Shown here: piece after piece, positions 19,549-29,537 of the stretch
How positions within the stretch are numbered: the stretch's first letter is position 1
Layout: each line of letters opens with the position of its first letter
Source of the DNA: an uncultured archaeon
Lineage (GTDB): Archaea; Aenigmatarchaeota; Aenigmatarchaeia; QMZP01; QMZT01
Assembly: GCA_964441265.1 (NCBI GenBank)
Contig: CAYYKJ010000003.1
Location: forward strand, 23,428-87,427
DNA length: 64,000 nt
Reading direction: 5' to 3'
The notes under the pieces: generated by a model
What the model was told of the DNA's origin: nothing
The model's database searches: none
What the model saw: the letters and a program-made list of their open reading frames with translations, nothing else
Position numbers and translations under genes: made by a program

Positions 19549-20949
19549 TCAGACCCGCTTCCACTTGAAGGACTTGGCGAGGGTGTAGACAAGGACCAGG
19601 AAGGGAAGTATCTCCAGCCGGCCCAGCAGCATGCAGACCATGAGCACGACCTTGCCGGCCAGCGGGACCAGGGCGACGTCGATGGTGGTGAGCCCCACCG
19701 TCCCTTCCGCGGAGGCGGAGACGAAAAGCGAATCCACCGGGGCGTATCCCATGGCGCTGAAGATCAGTGTGGAAAGCACCAGTATGAGTATGTAAATGAA
19801 CGAGAACAGGGATATGATGGTGAGCTCCTCCTGCTGTATGGCCTTGCCGTGGAACTTGAAGGGCAGAACCGCGGACAGCGGATAGGTTATCTTCTTGGAG
19901 AGCCAGGGTATTGCCTTGGCTATTATCCCCACCCTCACCAGCTTGATGCCCCCGGCAGTCGAGCCCGCGAATCCCCCCACGGTCATGAGTATTATTATCA
20001 GTATCTTTGAGACCGCTGGCATCTCCATGCCCATGGTCGTGAACCCGGTGGTGGTGATGGCGGAGAAGGCGTGAAATATACCGATCCTGAAAGGCTCGAG
20101 CGTGCCAAGGAATGAAAGGGAGAGGAACAGGGAAAAAACTATCGCTATTATCCAGAACAGCTGGGTCTCCCCGTTCTTCAGGTATTCCACGAATTTCTTC
20201 TTGAACATCTTGTCATGCACGAAAAAGGAGGTGGCTCCCAGAACCATGAGCAGCACTATCACTGCCTCTATCCCGACGTTCGAATACGAACCTATGGAGC
20301 CCGCCGCAGGGGAAAAGCCTCCCGTGGAAAGGGAGGTGAAGGTGTGGAGTACGGAATCGAAAACCGGCATGCCCGCCAGGGAAAGGAGGAGGAATCCCGC
20401 GAATGTATATATACCGTATATCATGAATATCCTCTTGACCGTGTGGTGTATGCCTGCCTCGATCCTCTGGGACCGTCCTTCCGCCTTGTAGATATAATAT
20501 GAGGACATACCGGGCGAGGAGAGGAGCAGGAGGAATATGACCAGTATCCCGACCCCCCCTATCCACTGGGTGAAGGACCGCCAGAACAGTATGGAATTGG
20601 GCAGTGTCTCGGGATTTACCACGGAAAGTCCGGTGGTGGTGAATCCGGAAACGGATTCGAACAGGGCGTCAGCCGGGGCCATGTGGTCCAGATAGGCGAC
20701 CGACCCGAAGGCGGATATCACTATGAAGGTGACCGCGGAAAGCACCATGGCGGACCCCAGGGAAAGCGGGGACCTCTGGAACCTCCTATCCAGCAGGAAT
20801 CCTATGACGAGGGAAACCGACGCCATGGTGAAGAACGGGATGTACACCGCCTCCTGAAAGGCCCAGGAAACTATGAGCGGAATGAGTGACAATATGCCGA
20901 ATATCTCCAGTATGAGCCCAAGGTAGGAAAGCAACGAACGAAACTCCAT
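19549..20949 (-). CDS. trkH: TrkH potassium uptake membrane protein
   Basis: FESVSGFTTTG, STGGF, GSTAGGIK, LGRLE. Confidence 0.93.
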   Translation of the reverse strand: MEFRSLLSYLGLILEIFGILSLIPLIVSWAFQEAVYIPFFTMASVSLVIGFLLDRRFQRSPLSLGSAMVLSAVTFIVISAFGSVAYLDHMAPADALFESVSGFTTTGLSVVNPETLPNSILFWRSFTQWIGGVGILVIFLLLLSSPGMSSYYIYKAEGRSQRIEAGIHHTVKRIFMIYGIYTFAGFLLLSLAGMPVFDSVLHTFTSLSTGGFSPAAGSIGSYSNVGIEAVIVLLMVLGATSFFVHDKMFKKKFVEYLKNGETQLFWIIAIVFSLFLSLSFLGTLEPFRIGIFHAFSAITTTGFTTMGMEMPAVSKILIIILMTVGGFAGSTAGGIKLVRVGIIAKAIPWLSKKITYPLSAVLPFKFHGKAIQQEELTIISLFSFIYILILVLSTLIFSAMGYAPVDSLFVSASAEGTVGLTTIDVALVPLAGKVVLMVCMLLGRLEILPFLVLVYTLAKSFKWKRV

Positions 20950-21022
20950 ATCTTTTATAATAATATTATTTAATATAAAATCAGGTGTTGCAGCCTTCTT
21001 CCGGTCAGCGGGTGTCTTTGAA

Positions 21023-22072
21023 ATGAAAAAAGGATTCATGCACATAATAGAGATCGTACTGGTGACTCTCCTCCTCTTCTTCATATTCTCACAGTTCGTC
21101 AGCATACCCAAGACGGCGACGGACTGGCCGGAAACCAAGCTTTTCCTGATGGCGAGGGACGTACTTGAGGTACTCGACGAAAGGGATGTGGACTGGCTCA
21201 ATGAGACCGAGGTCAAAGGCAACATAACCGAACTTCAGGACAAGGGGATGATACCGGGCAACATCATATATTCCCTCAGGGCAGAGAACGTGATTAAGCC
21301 GGATATGAGGGTCGCCTGTGCCGGGTGCACTGAGGAGGACTACGGGAACCTGACCTCCGTGCTGGAGGGCTTTGAATGGAACGGGAAGGAGATCAACTTC
21401 ACGGTCCAGAGGGAAGAGAACTTCGGGAGCTCCTTCTATCCGTATTACGACGTGGTTGTGATCATGGACGGATCGCTCCCCCAGGACACGGATAGCATGG
21501 AGAATTTCCTGGGGATGGACAAGGGAATCGTTGGTATATTCGAGCCTTCCTTCACCCCCTCACAGGAGAAGTACTTCGGAGTGATGGAAGGCGGCACGAC
21601 GGCGGGCACAGGCGAAGTGCGGTTCTCCCCCGAGGCCAGGAGGGCGGGAAGCCAGATATACGGAATATACAAGGTCTTCACCAACATGGGAGCGGACGGG
21701 GAGGAATTCCCACTGGAATACGGATTCAGCAACACCGAACGGGATTTTCTTGAATCTGGAGAAAAAACTATATGGGACGAGGGAAGGAGCGAGGTGGTTC
21801 TAATCCAAGAAGGGAGCGGAGTTGCCGCCTGCATCTCCAGATATTACGTATCTGACGGCAAGGGCAGAATCGCTTGGGTCTCCGGGGGAAACTTCTCCAG
21901 AACGGATTACTCCTCGCTGGTGAAATCCCTGGTGTGCTGGGCGGCCGGGGACGAGGTTAATGTCATTGAATCAAAGATATCCGAACCCGTTTCCGCCTCC
22001 ATATACAGGAGCATGAACCAGGACGCCTTCCAGGGGGCCAGGATAACGCTAACCGTGGGATACCCTTTTTAA
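21023..22072 (+). CDS. Hypothetical protein with class III (pilin-like) signal peptide
   Basis: MKKG|FMHIIEIVLVTLLLFFIF start. Confidence 0.7.
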   Translation: MKKGFMHIIEIVLVTLLLFFIFSQFVSIPKTATDWPETKLFLMARDVLEVLDERDVDWLNETEVKGNITELQDKGMIPGNIIYSLRAENVIKPDMRVACAGCTEEDYGNLTSVLEGFEWNGKEINFTVQREENFGSSFYPYYDVVVIMDGSLPQDTDSMENFLGMDKGIVGIFEPSFTPSQEKYFGVMEGGTTAGTGEVRFSPEARRAGSQIYGIYKVFTNMGADGEEFPLEYGFSNTERDFLESGEKTIWDEGRSEVVLIQEGSGVAACISRYYVSDGKGRIAWVSGGNFSRTDYSSLVKSLVCWAAGDEVNVIESKISEPVSASIYRSMNQDAFQGARITLTVGYPF

Positions 22073-22094
22073 TATTCCCCTTCAATCTTATTGT

Positions 22095-22388
22095 ATGGAA
22101 CACAACCAGGAAATAGTGAGGGTAAGGACCCCCAGGGGAAGAGAGGTAATCGGAGTGATAGAAGAGATGCTCGGGGGCGGAAGGTTCAGGGTCAGCTGTA
22201 CGGACAACAACAGCAGGATATGCAAGGCAGCGGGGAGATTCAAGAGGAAGCGCTGGATAAAGCCCGGGAACGTCGTCATAATCGAACCGTGGGAAATCGA
22301 GAGCGACGAGAAAGGGAACATAATATGGAAATACACCAAGGCCCAGACCAGATGGCTGCAAAAAAAGGGATTTCTTGAAGGGCTCTGA
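22095..22388 (+). CDS. eif1a: Translation initiation factor aIF-1A
   Basis: MLGGGRFRVSCTD...WIKPGNVVIIEPW...IIWKYT. Confidence 0.93.
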   Translation: MEHNQEIVRVRTPRGREVIGVIEEMLGGGRFRVSCTDNNSRICKAAGRFKRKRWIKPGNVVIIEPWEIESDEKGNIIWKYTKAQTRWLQKKGFLEGL

Positions 22389-22452
22389 TGCCCGGATTCA
22401 AACTATATTTAAGTTTTCAGCCAACTTATAATATAACCCGGGGGATCTTCTC

Positions 22453-22935
22453 ATGGATATCGTAAACATACCGGAAAGAAGAAAGGGCGTGCTGATTGGA
22501 AAGGACGGGAAAGTCAAAAGGGGCATAGAAAAGGCCACCGGCACGACCATAGAGATAAACAGCGGTGTCGAGATCGAGGGAAATAGTCTCGGCGTGCTGA
22601 AAGCCAGGGATATAGTAAAGGCGATAGGAAGGGGATTCTCTCCGGAAAAGGCGATGCTCCTTCTGAAAGAGGAGAACCGGCTGATAATAATATCCATGGA
22701 GGGGAAGAGCAGGAAGACCATAAAGAGGCTCTTCGCCAGGGTCATAGGGACCAATGGAAGGACGAAGAGGATAATAGAGAGGAACACGCATACCTGCCTG
22801 TCCGTGTTCGGGAAGACGGTCTCTGTTATAGGAAAATGGGACTCCGCGGAAAGGGCGGAGGAGGCAGTGGAGATGCTGCTTCAGGGAAAAACCCATACCT
22901 ACGTCTATAAATTCCTTGAAGGAGGGAAAAAATGA
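22453..22935 (+). CDS. KH-domain RNA-processing protein (Dim2/Pno1-like)
   Basis: LIGKDG, AIGRGFSPEKA, RVIGTNGRTK. Confidence 0.9.
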   Translation: MDIVNIPERRKGVLIGKDGKVKRGIEKATGTTIEINSGVEIEGNSLGVLKARDIVKAIGRGFSPEKAMLLLKEENRLIIISMEGKSRKTIKRLFARVIGTNGRTKRIIERNTHTCLSVFGKTVSVIGKWDSAERAEEAVEMLLQGKTHTYVYKFLEGGKK

Positions 22936-24626
22936 GGGCTGAGGACCTCGCGAAAAGGCAGAGATCAATAAGCATTTCCGAATTCTTCGAGAAGAACCGC
23001 CATCTGCTCGGTTACGACAACAAGACCAAGGCGCTGCTGGTTATAGTCAAGGAAGGGGTGGACAACGCCCTGGACGCCGCGGAAGAGTCGGAAATACTAC
23101 CTGAGATCTACGTGAGGGTGTCGGAGGCCGGAGAGGAAAAATACGAAATCGTCATCAGGGACAACGGCCCGGGTATCGTCAGAAAGCAGATACCCCGGAT
23201 ATTCGGCAAGCTACTTTACGGGTCGAAGTTCCACCGTCTGAAGCAGAGCAGGGGCCAGCAGGGCATAGGCATCTCAGCGGCGACACTTTATTCCCAGCTG
23301 ACCACGGGAAATCCTCTGAAAATCACGACATCCACCGGGAACGGAAAGACCCATGTTTACAGCATAAAGATAGACGTGAAAAAGAACGAGCCTATAATTC
23401 ACGAAAGCGAAACGAGGGAGGGAGAGCAATGGCACGGCGTCGAGCTCAGGTTCCTTGTGGAGGGATTATACAGGGAGCACAGGCAGTCAATACTGGAGTA
23501 CCTGAAAGAGACCGCCATATCCAACCCCCACGCAAACATAGTCTTCTCTTCTCCCAACGGGAAGCACGAGTTCAGGAGGGGTGTGGATGTTCTCCCCAAG
23601 GAACCGAGGGAAATAAAGCCGCATCTGGAAGGCATCGAGATGGGCATACTCCTGAGGATGATGAGGGACACAAAGGCCAAGACACTGTCCGGCTTCCTGA
23701 CAACCGAATTCACAAAGGTGGGCAGGAAGAGCGCCAAGGAGATATGCAGAATCGCCGAAATAAAGGAAAGTACCAGGCCGAAAAGGACAAAGGACGAGGA
23801 GGCAAAAAGGATATTGGATGCCGTCAAGAAGGTCAAGCTCCTAAAGCCTCCGCTGGACTGCCTCTCACCGCTGGGCAGTGATTTCATATCCAAGGGAATG
23901 GAAAAGGAGCTGAACCCGGAATGGGTCGGGGCGGTTACCAGGCCCCCGGCCGTTTACAGGGGATGGCCGTTCCAGATTGAAGTAGGAATAGCGTACGGGG
24001 GATCAATAGAGTCCTCAAAATTGATGAGGTTCGCCAACAGGGTGCCACTGCTCTACCAGGCAGGGGACTGCGCCATAACCAAATCGGTCAACGGGACCGA
24101 ATGGAGAAGGTACGGGCTCAGCAAGAAGCTCGAGGAAGACCCGGTGGTCATGTTCGTTCACATGGTTTCCGTATGGGTTCCCTTCACCTCCGAATCCAAG
24201 GAGGCTATCGCCTCCTATCCGGTGATAGTCAAGGAGATGAAGCTGGCGCTCCAGGAATGCGCCAGGAAGCTCTCCAGATTCCTTTCCGGTAAGAGGAAGG
24301 AAGCCCACCGAAAGGAGAGGATCAGGATATTCGACAAATACGCTGAAGAGACCGTCGACGCCCTCTCCGAACTCACCGGAAGGGAGAGGACAGAGGTGGA
24401 GAGGGAAATGAAGAAGCTCATAGAAAAAATGAAGGGCGGGACCGGTAATAAAAATCAGGCAAAGGATTACGAGATAATAACCACAGGAGAAGGAGAGGAT
24501 TCGAATGGAGAAGAGGGAAGAGGGAAAGCTGAAGGGAATGGGCCGGAAGGTTCTGGAACAGATATCAAAGGAAAAGAACCCAAAGATAGACCTTCCCATC
24601 AGGTCACTCTCAAACATCTACTTTGA
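22932..24626 (+). CDS. top6B: DNA topoisomerase VI subunit B
   Basis: EFFEKN, DNALDA, DNGPG, SRGQQGIGIS, RFANRVPL. Confidence 0.97.
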   Translation: MRAEDLAKRQRSISISEFFEKNRHLLGYDNKTKALLVIVKEGVDNALDAAEESEILPEIYVRVSEAGEEKYEIVIRDNGPGIVRKQIPRIFGKLLYGSKFHRLKQSRGQQGIGISAATLYSQLTTGNPLKITTSTGNGKTHVYSIKIDVKKNEPIIHESETREGEQWHGVELRFLVEGLYREHRQSILEYLKETAISNPHANIVFSSPNGKHEFRRGVDVLPKEPREIKPHLEGIEMGILLRMMRDTKAKTLSGFLTTEFTKVGRKSAKEICRIAEIKESTRPKRTKDEEAKRILDAVKKVKLLKPPLDCLSPLGSDFISKGMEKELNPEWVGAVTRPPAVYRGWPFQIEVGIAYGGSIESSKLMRFANRVPLLYQAGDCAITKSVNGTEWRRYGLSKKLEEDPVVMFVHMVSVWVPFTSESKEAIASYPVIVKEMKLALQECARKLSRFLSGKRKEAHRKERIRIFDKYAEETVDALSELTGRERTEVEREMKKLIEKMKGGTGNKNQAKDYEIITTGEGEDSNGEEGRGKAEGNGPEGSGTDIKGKEPKDRPSHQVTLKHLL

Positions 24627-25590
24627 CGAGAAAAAGGGACTCATAAAGCTGGGAGACAAGTCCAGCCAGAGGTATTACTTCAACACCGCCCACACCAAGA
24701 AGTTCATGCAGACGCTCATGGTGGCGGCGGAGTGCAAGAAGATAATGGATCAGAAGGTAACCACATCCATCAGGGACCTTTATTACGCCCTTAAGAGGAC
24801 GCTCGCGGGAACCAAGGAGAACACCTTCGACGAGCAGAGCGAATCAGACCCGATAATCGAGGACGTCGAGGCGGCCCTCAACATGATAAGGGAAAAGCTC
24901 CACCTGAAGGCGGACAGGAAGGGGTACATGGCCGGCGACATAATCATAAGGGACTCCGGCGACCGAATCGATTGCTCCATGATGGGCTCGAGTGGGTGGG
25001 CCATACCCAGCAACGTGGAGCCCGAAGTGATAGAATTCGAAAAGGTGGATACCGATTTCGTGCTGGTCATAGAGAAGGACGCGGTGTGGCAGCGCCTGAA
25101 CGAGGACAAATTCTGGAAGAAGCAGAACTGCATCATACTCACGGGAAAGGGACAGCCTGCGAGGGGCTGCAGGAGGCTGATAAACAGGCTGCACAAAGAG
25201 CGGGGGCTTCCCGTATACGTCCTGGCGGACGCGGATCCGTGGGGGTATTACATCTATTCCGTGATCAAGCAGGGATCGATAACCCTCTCCTTCCTATCCG
25301 ACAGACTGGGGACACCGGATGCGAAGTTCATAGGCCTGACCACCAGGGACGTGGATAAGTTCGGGGTAAGCAGAAACGTGACCATCCGGCTGAGCGACAA
25401 GGACAAGAAGCGCGCAAAGGAGATGATGAAATACAGGTGGTTCAAACCCAAGGAATGGCAACGCGAAATCAAGCACATGCTCAAGATGGGTTACAAGCTC
25501 GAACTGGAGGCCCTTTCCTCCAAGGGAATCAGGTTCATCTCCGAAGAGTACCTCCCGAAGAAGCTGGCCGAGAAGGATTTCCTGGGATGA
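24505..25590 (+). CDS. top6A: DNA topoisomerase VI subunit A
   Basis: RDLYY, IEKDA, GKGQP, DADPWG, KLELEAL. Confidence 0.97.
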   Translation: MEKREEGKLKGMGRKVLEQISKEKNPKIDLPIRSLSNIYFDEKKGLIKLGDKSSQRYYFNTAHTKKFMQTLMVAAECKKIMDQKVTTSIRDLYYALKRTLAGTKENTFDEQSESDPIIEDVEAALNMIREKLHLKADRKGYMAGDIIIRDSGDRIDCSMMGSSGWAIPSNVEPEVIEFEKVDTDFVLVIEKDAVWQRLNEDKFWKKQNCIILTGKGQPARGCRRLINRLHKERGLPVYVLADADPWGYYIYSVIKQGSITLSFLSDRLGTPDAKFIGLTTRDVDKFGVSRNVTIRLSDKDKKRAKEMMKYRWFKPKEWQREIKHMLKMGYKLELEALSSKGIRFISEEYLPKKLAEKDFLG

Positions 25591-26135
25591 TCCAAGGTTT
25601 TATTTCTTTCCGGGAAAACCTAAACATGAAGATCCATGGAGCCGAAGAAAGGGCCAGGAAAATCATTAATTATATAGGTTCGCAGGACTCCTCCGTTAGA
25701 AGCATAAGTATATCATACGATGAGTTGAACAATGAAGTCTGGAAATCACAAATAGAATACAAAATCATTTACGAAAACAATTATCTCCAAAAGGAGGCAT
25801 TCCCATTTAACAAAAAAATGAAGAAGGTAAAGGTCCTGAAGAATGAGCTTTCAGCCCTTAAGAAGATTCTGTCGGAAAAGATGAAATATTCCGGTTCCTT
25901 TAACCTCAATGTATTCAAAGGTTCCGAAAACGAATTTGTGAAAATATCCTTCTGCCCGGAGAAGGTCGAACCCGATTATGAGAAGCTGAGGAAAACGTTC
26001 AGGGTTGATTACGGAAATGCCGACACGGACGGGTGGAGGAAGAAATACGTTCCCCATACATCACCAGAGATGAAGGTCGTAAGAACGAACAAAAATGACC
26101 ACGAGATCACGGACGGGAAAGAGCAATTTATTTAA
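25587..26135 (+). CDS. Hypothetical protein
   Basis: AT-richer ORF coupled to the top6A stop; start uncertain (25587 or 25626). Confidence 0.6.
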   Translation: MIQGFISFRENLNMKIHGAEERARKIINYIGSQDSSVRSISISYDELNNEVWKSQIEYKIIYENNYLQKEAFPFNKKMKKVKVLKNELSALKKILSEKMKYSGSFNLNVFKGSENEFVKISFCPEKVEPDYEKLRKTFRVDYGNADTDGWRKKYVPHTSPEMKVVRTNKNDHEITDGKEQFI

Positions 26136-26160
26136 ATTACTGCAGTATAATTAAGCTTAT

Positions 26161-26394
26161 GCCCCGGTAGCTCAGTGGTAACCTTTTTACCCAAAAAGGT
26201 CAATCAAACCAGCAGCTAACGCTTGCGGAGGTTACTAAAGAGCGCTCGGCTGTTAATGAAGGACAACAAGACCAGATGAGTAGCAGGCACCGAAAGGCCG
26301 CACGCGGGATGGGAAACCAATCCGTGGGCCAAAGGTTCAAAGGAGTATTTGACGCAGATTTTATCCGCGTCCTTTGAAATTCCTGCCCGGGGCG
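26161..26394 (+). tRNA. tRNA-Asn(GUU) with four introns (20/21, 37/38, 50/51, 59/60)
   Basis: Exons 26161-26179, 26239-26255, 26289-26301, 26333-26341 and 26381-26394 join to a 72-nt cloverleaf. BHB-like junctions occur at each intron. Confidence 0.85.
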
Positions 26395-26428
26395 CTTTTT
26401 TATTTTAAGCAACTCGCCAAAAATAATC

Positions 26429-27448
26429 ATGGGATTAACGAGGAAGGAAAGCGAAATACTCGATTCGATAAAGGTGCCCTCTGAAGACAACCCGGAAATG
26501 CCAGAGTTTCCCCCGGGAAACCCCGAATGGCCTTCAACTCCCATAAAAAAGATAGATGTGAAGGGATTTCCTAACGTCTTTCTCAAGGATGAGAGCGTCA
26601 ATCCGACGGGTACCCACAAGGACAGGATGGCATGGGAAATAATAGTCACATACAGGCAGCTTCTGCTTTCGAAGAAACGGGGCAATCTCAAAAAATTACC
26701 CCAGATGTCGATAATATCCTCAGGTTCTGCGGCATTCGCCATCCAGACCCTCCTAAAAAAACATGGCCTGCCTAATCTCAAGGTGCTGGTTGATCATAAT
26801 CTGGACGGGTCCGTCAAGAAATCCCTCGAACGGATAGGATGTGAACTGTATGAAACCGATCTTTCGAAAAAGGAGCTTTTCACCGATGACATACTTAAAC
26901 TTACTAATAATGCGGACGGGATCGATATCACGTCTGATGACTCCCTGGGACCATTCACTGTGTTTTACGACTGGATGGCTTATGACATCATCAACCAGAG
27001 CGCGGATTACGTTTTCATTCCATACGGGACAGGCCATCTGTATGAAAACATAGTGAACGTCGCGGTCAGAGAAGGAAAGACAAAGAACCACGACAAAAGA
27101 TTCAGCGGCAATCCTAAAAAAATCAGGAAATGCAATTTCATCGGGGCAACCACGAACAACCCTCTCACAAAGGCGGACAAACTCTATTCTCCTCACCTGC
27201 CTTTCGTGCATTTCGATAAAAAATGGATAAAAATGGCCATAAGTAACGGTTTCATAGGCCCGAAATCGGACGTGTGTGTCGTGAGGGAGAGATTCCTCGG
27301 GAAAGCGATGAAAACAGCTGAAAGCAACGGGATAGATTGCGAAGCTTCTGGGATAGCCGGACTGGCGATGATGCTCCAGATGAGGGGGCAGATCAACAGG
27401 AACAAAAAGATGCTTATAATAAACACGGGAAAAACAAAATACAGATAA
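26429..27448 (+). CDS. PLP-dependent fold-type II enzyme (threonine synthase-like)
   Basis: LKDESVNPTGTHKDR, SSGSA, PYGTG, INTG. Confidence 0.8.
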   Translation: MGLTRKESEILDSIKVPSEDNPEMPEFPPGNPEWPSTPIKKIDVKGFPNVFLKDESVNPTGTHKDRMAWEIIVTYRQLLLSKKRGNLKKLPQMSIISSGSAAFAIQTLLKKHGLPNLKVLVDHNLDGSVKKSLERIGCELYETDLSKKELFTDDILKLTNNADGIDITSDDSLGPFTVFYDWMAYDIINQSADYVFIPYGTGHLYENIVNVAVREGKTKNHDKRFSGNPKKIRKCNFIGATTNNPLTKADKLYSPHLPFVHFDKKWIKMAISNGFIGPKSDVCVVRERFLGKAMKTAESNGIDCEASGIAGLAMMLQMRGQINRNKKMLIINTGKTKYR

Positions 27449-27482
27449 GTATTATTTTAAACAAAGCTATGAATAATTTATC

Positions 27483-28277
27483 ATGGTCTTAGACGCCGCC
27501 CTTTTCGGGATAATCCAGGGGATTTTCGAATGGCTGCCCGTATCCAGCCAGGGCAACCTCGTGCTCCTGATGGTCTCCCTGTTCGGCTATTCCTCCGGAG
27601 AGGCGGTATCATATTCAATCTTCCTGCATACCGGAACCATGCTGGCGGCGTTGGTCTACTTGAGGAAGGACGTGAGAAATATACTGGAATCGCTGCCAAG
27701 ATACAGGGTAAACTACGAGGGAAAGAACGGCCTGGTCAGCTTCCTGATCATGGCGACCGTAATAACGGGGATAGTGGGTTATCCGATATATATTTATCTG
27801 GAAGCGAGCCCCTTCGCGGGAGAAATGTTCATAGGATTGGTAGGGGCGGCCCTCATATTCACCGGTCTGGTCCAGAGGACGGTCAAGGGGTCGGGGAGCA
27901 AGACCGGAAAAGACCTGAACCTGAAGGACACCGTCCTCCTGGGTATAGCACAGGGTCTTTCCGTCATCCCGGGGGTCTCCAGATCCGGTATAACGACATC
28001 CTCCTTCCTGTTCAGAAATTATGACTCCTCGAGCGCCCTGAAGCTCTCGTTCCTGATGAGCATACCGGCCATCATCATCGCCGAGATAGGGATGGGCCTG
28101 ACCGGGGGGATCCCTTCCATTGGGATTGCAGATGCGCTTACTGGAATTGCCTTTTCATTCGCATTCGGTATGCTGACCATTCACGCGCTGATAAGGATAG
28201 CGAGAAGGTTCGCCTTCTGGAAATTCTGCATAATACTGGGTATTATCGCTTTGGTTCCGCTCGCCTTTTACGCCTGA
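27483..28277 (+). CDS. uppP: Undecaprenyl-diphosphate phosphatase (BacA family)
   Basis: QGIFEWLPVSSQG, PGVSRSGIT, SFLMSIP. Confidence 0.9.
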   Translation: MVLDAALFGIIQGIFEWLPVSSQGNLVLLMVSLFGYSSGEAVSYSIFLHTGTMLAALVYLRKDVRNILESLPRYRVNYEGKNGLVSFLIMATVITGIVGYPIYIYLEASPFAGEMFIGLVGAALIFTGLVQRTVKGSGSKTGKDLNLKDTVLLGIAQGLSVIPGVSRSGITTSSFLFRNYDSSSALKLSFLMSIPAIIIAEIGMGLTGGIPSIGIADALTGIAFSFAFGMLTIHALIRIARRFAFWKFCIILGIIALVPLAFYA

Positions 28278-29142
28278 TCTTCCTCTTTCTGACCTCCTTC
28301 TCCACCATCAGGTTCGCTATGATGAGCAGCACGCCCCCCGCGAACACATGGGGGGTTATGACCTCGGAGAGGACCAGCCACGCCAGAACGACTGCAGTGA
28401 CCGGCTCGGCGATGAGTAGTATTATTGGTGCGTTGTGGGCACGTACTGTCTTGAGACCCAAGGCATAGAACGTGTACATGAGAAAGCTCGAAACCACCAG
28501 GCAGGAAACGAAGAGAAGGACGGGACCGTCCGGCAAAAAGACGACCGGCTCCAGGGGTATGAACAATATGCTGATCAGCCCGCCGATGAAGAACACCCAG
28601 AAAACGACCTTCCAGTACGGCTCCCCGTGCCTCTCGAAATATCTTGTGGTGACCATGAAGCTCGCGTAGAAAAGGCCCGAAAGCAGTGCCAGCACGTTTC
28701 CGAGCATGTGCCCGCCGGCGAATTCGAACCCGTATATTATCCACACACCGGCTACCGCCAGCACTATGGCGAACGCCTCCCATTTCTTTATTCTCTCCTT
28801 CAGAAAGAACCAGGAAAGCACAGCGGCGAAAACTGGATAGAAATACAGGAGTATGACCACATTTGAAACGGGGGCGAGAGTCATTGCCTTGACGTAAGAG
28901 ATGATGCTCAGTGTCCCTCCCAGGAATCCCGCCGCGAGGAAGGGCAGGACCTCTTTCCTCTTTATCATGAGTTTTTCGATGTCTCGCCTGAAGGCTACCA
29001 GAAAGAACATGAGCACCGCCACGAAGAATATTCTGAAGAAGGAGAGGAGATAAGGGGAAACGCCGCCCCCTATAAGCTTGACCCATATGCCGATTGTCCC
29101 GGCGAAGAATCCCCCCAGAACTAGGTAGGTGAAGCCCTTCAT
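28243..29142 (-). CDS. DMT/EamA family transporter
   Basis: About ten TM helices with duplicated EamA motifs (FLKERI, EPVTAVVLAWLVLSE). Confidence 0.88.
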   Translation of the reverse strand: MKGFTYLVLGGFFAGTIGIWVKLIGGGVSPYLLSFFRIFFVAVLMFFLVAFRRDIEKLMIKRKEVLPFLAAGFLGGTLSIISYVKAMTLAPVSNVVILLYFYPVFAAVLSWFFLKERIKKWEAFAIVLAVAGVWIIYGFEFAGGHMLGNVLALLSGLFYASFMVTTRYFERHGEPYWKVVFWVFFIGGLISILFIPLEPVVFLPDGPVLLFVSCLVVSSFLMYTFYALGLKTVRAHNAPIILLIAEPVTAVVLAWLVLSEVITPHVFAGGVLLIIANLMVEKEVRKRKIRRKRRAEPKR

Positions 29143-29204
29143 GGATAACTCTTGTTTCCGCTAGTATAAATCCTGTTTAAAAATATGGAATACAAACCAT
29201 TCAC

Positions 29205-29477
29205 ATGAACATTCTCGAGGTCCTCCCGGAATACGAGGTGAGGAGAATGAGGTCCAGATGCAACTACGGGAACTGCCGGAAGAAGCCCGGAAAGAAGCTC
29301 ACCCTGTTCGAGAAGGACCGCATATCCGGGGAGGAGAGGGATCTCATATCCCTTTTCCTCTGCACAGAACACTACAGGAAGACCATAGATGAACTCCCGA
29401 AGAGGATGGAGCCCATAAGGGATGGCAGGAAATCAATAAAGGGTAGGGTCGCCAACACAGGAATGGTGACACACTGA
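29205..29477 (+). CDS. Small hypothetical protein, possible C3H zinc finger
   Basis: CNYGNC...LCTEH; TTTAAA box upstream. Confidence 0.6.
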   Translation: MNILEVLPEYEVRRMRSRCNYGNCRKKPGKKLTLFEKDRISGEERDLISLFLCTEHYRKTIDELPKRMEPIRDGRKSIKGRVANTGMVTH

Positions 29478-29537
29478 CGGAAAACCTATTTAAATTATTA
29501 AAGACAATAGCAAAAATAATCTCATGGCCGCCTGAAC

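Noticed and set aside
26200..26781. 193-aa minus-strand ORF
   Set aside because: Antisense shadow of the PLP enzyme gene and tRNA-Asn.
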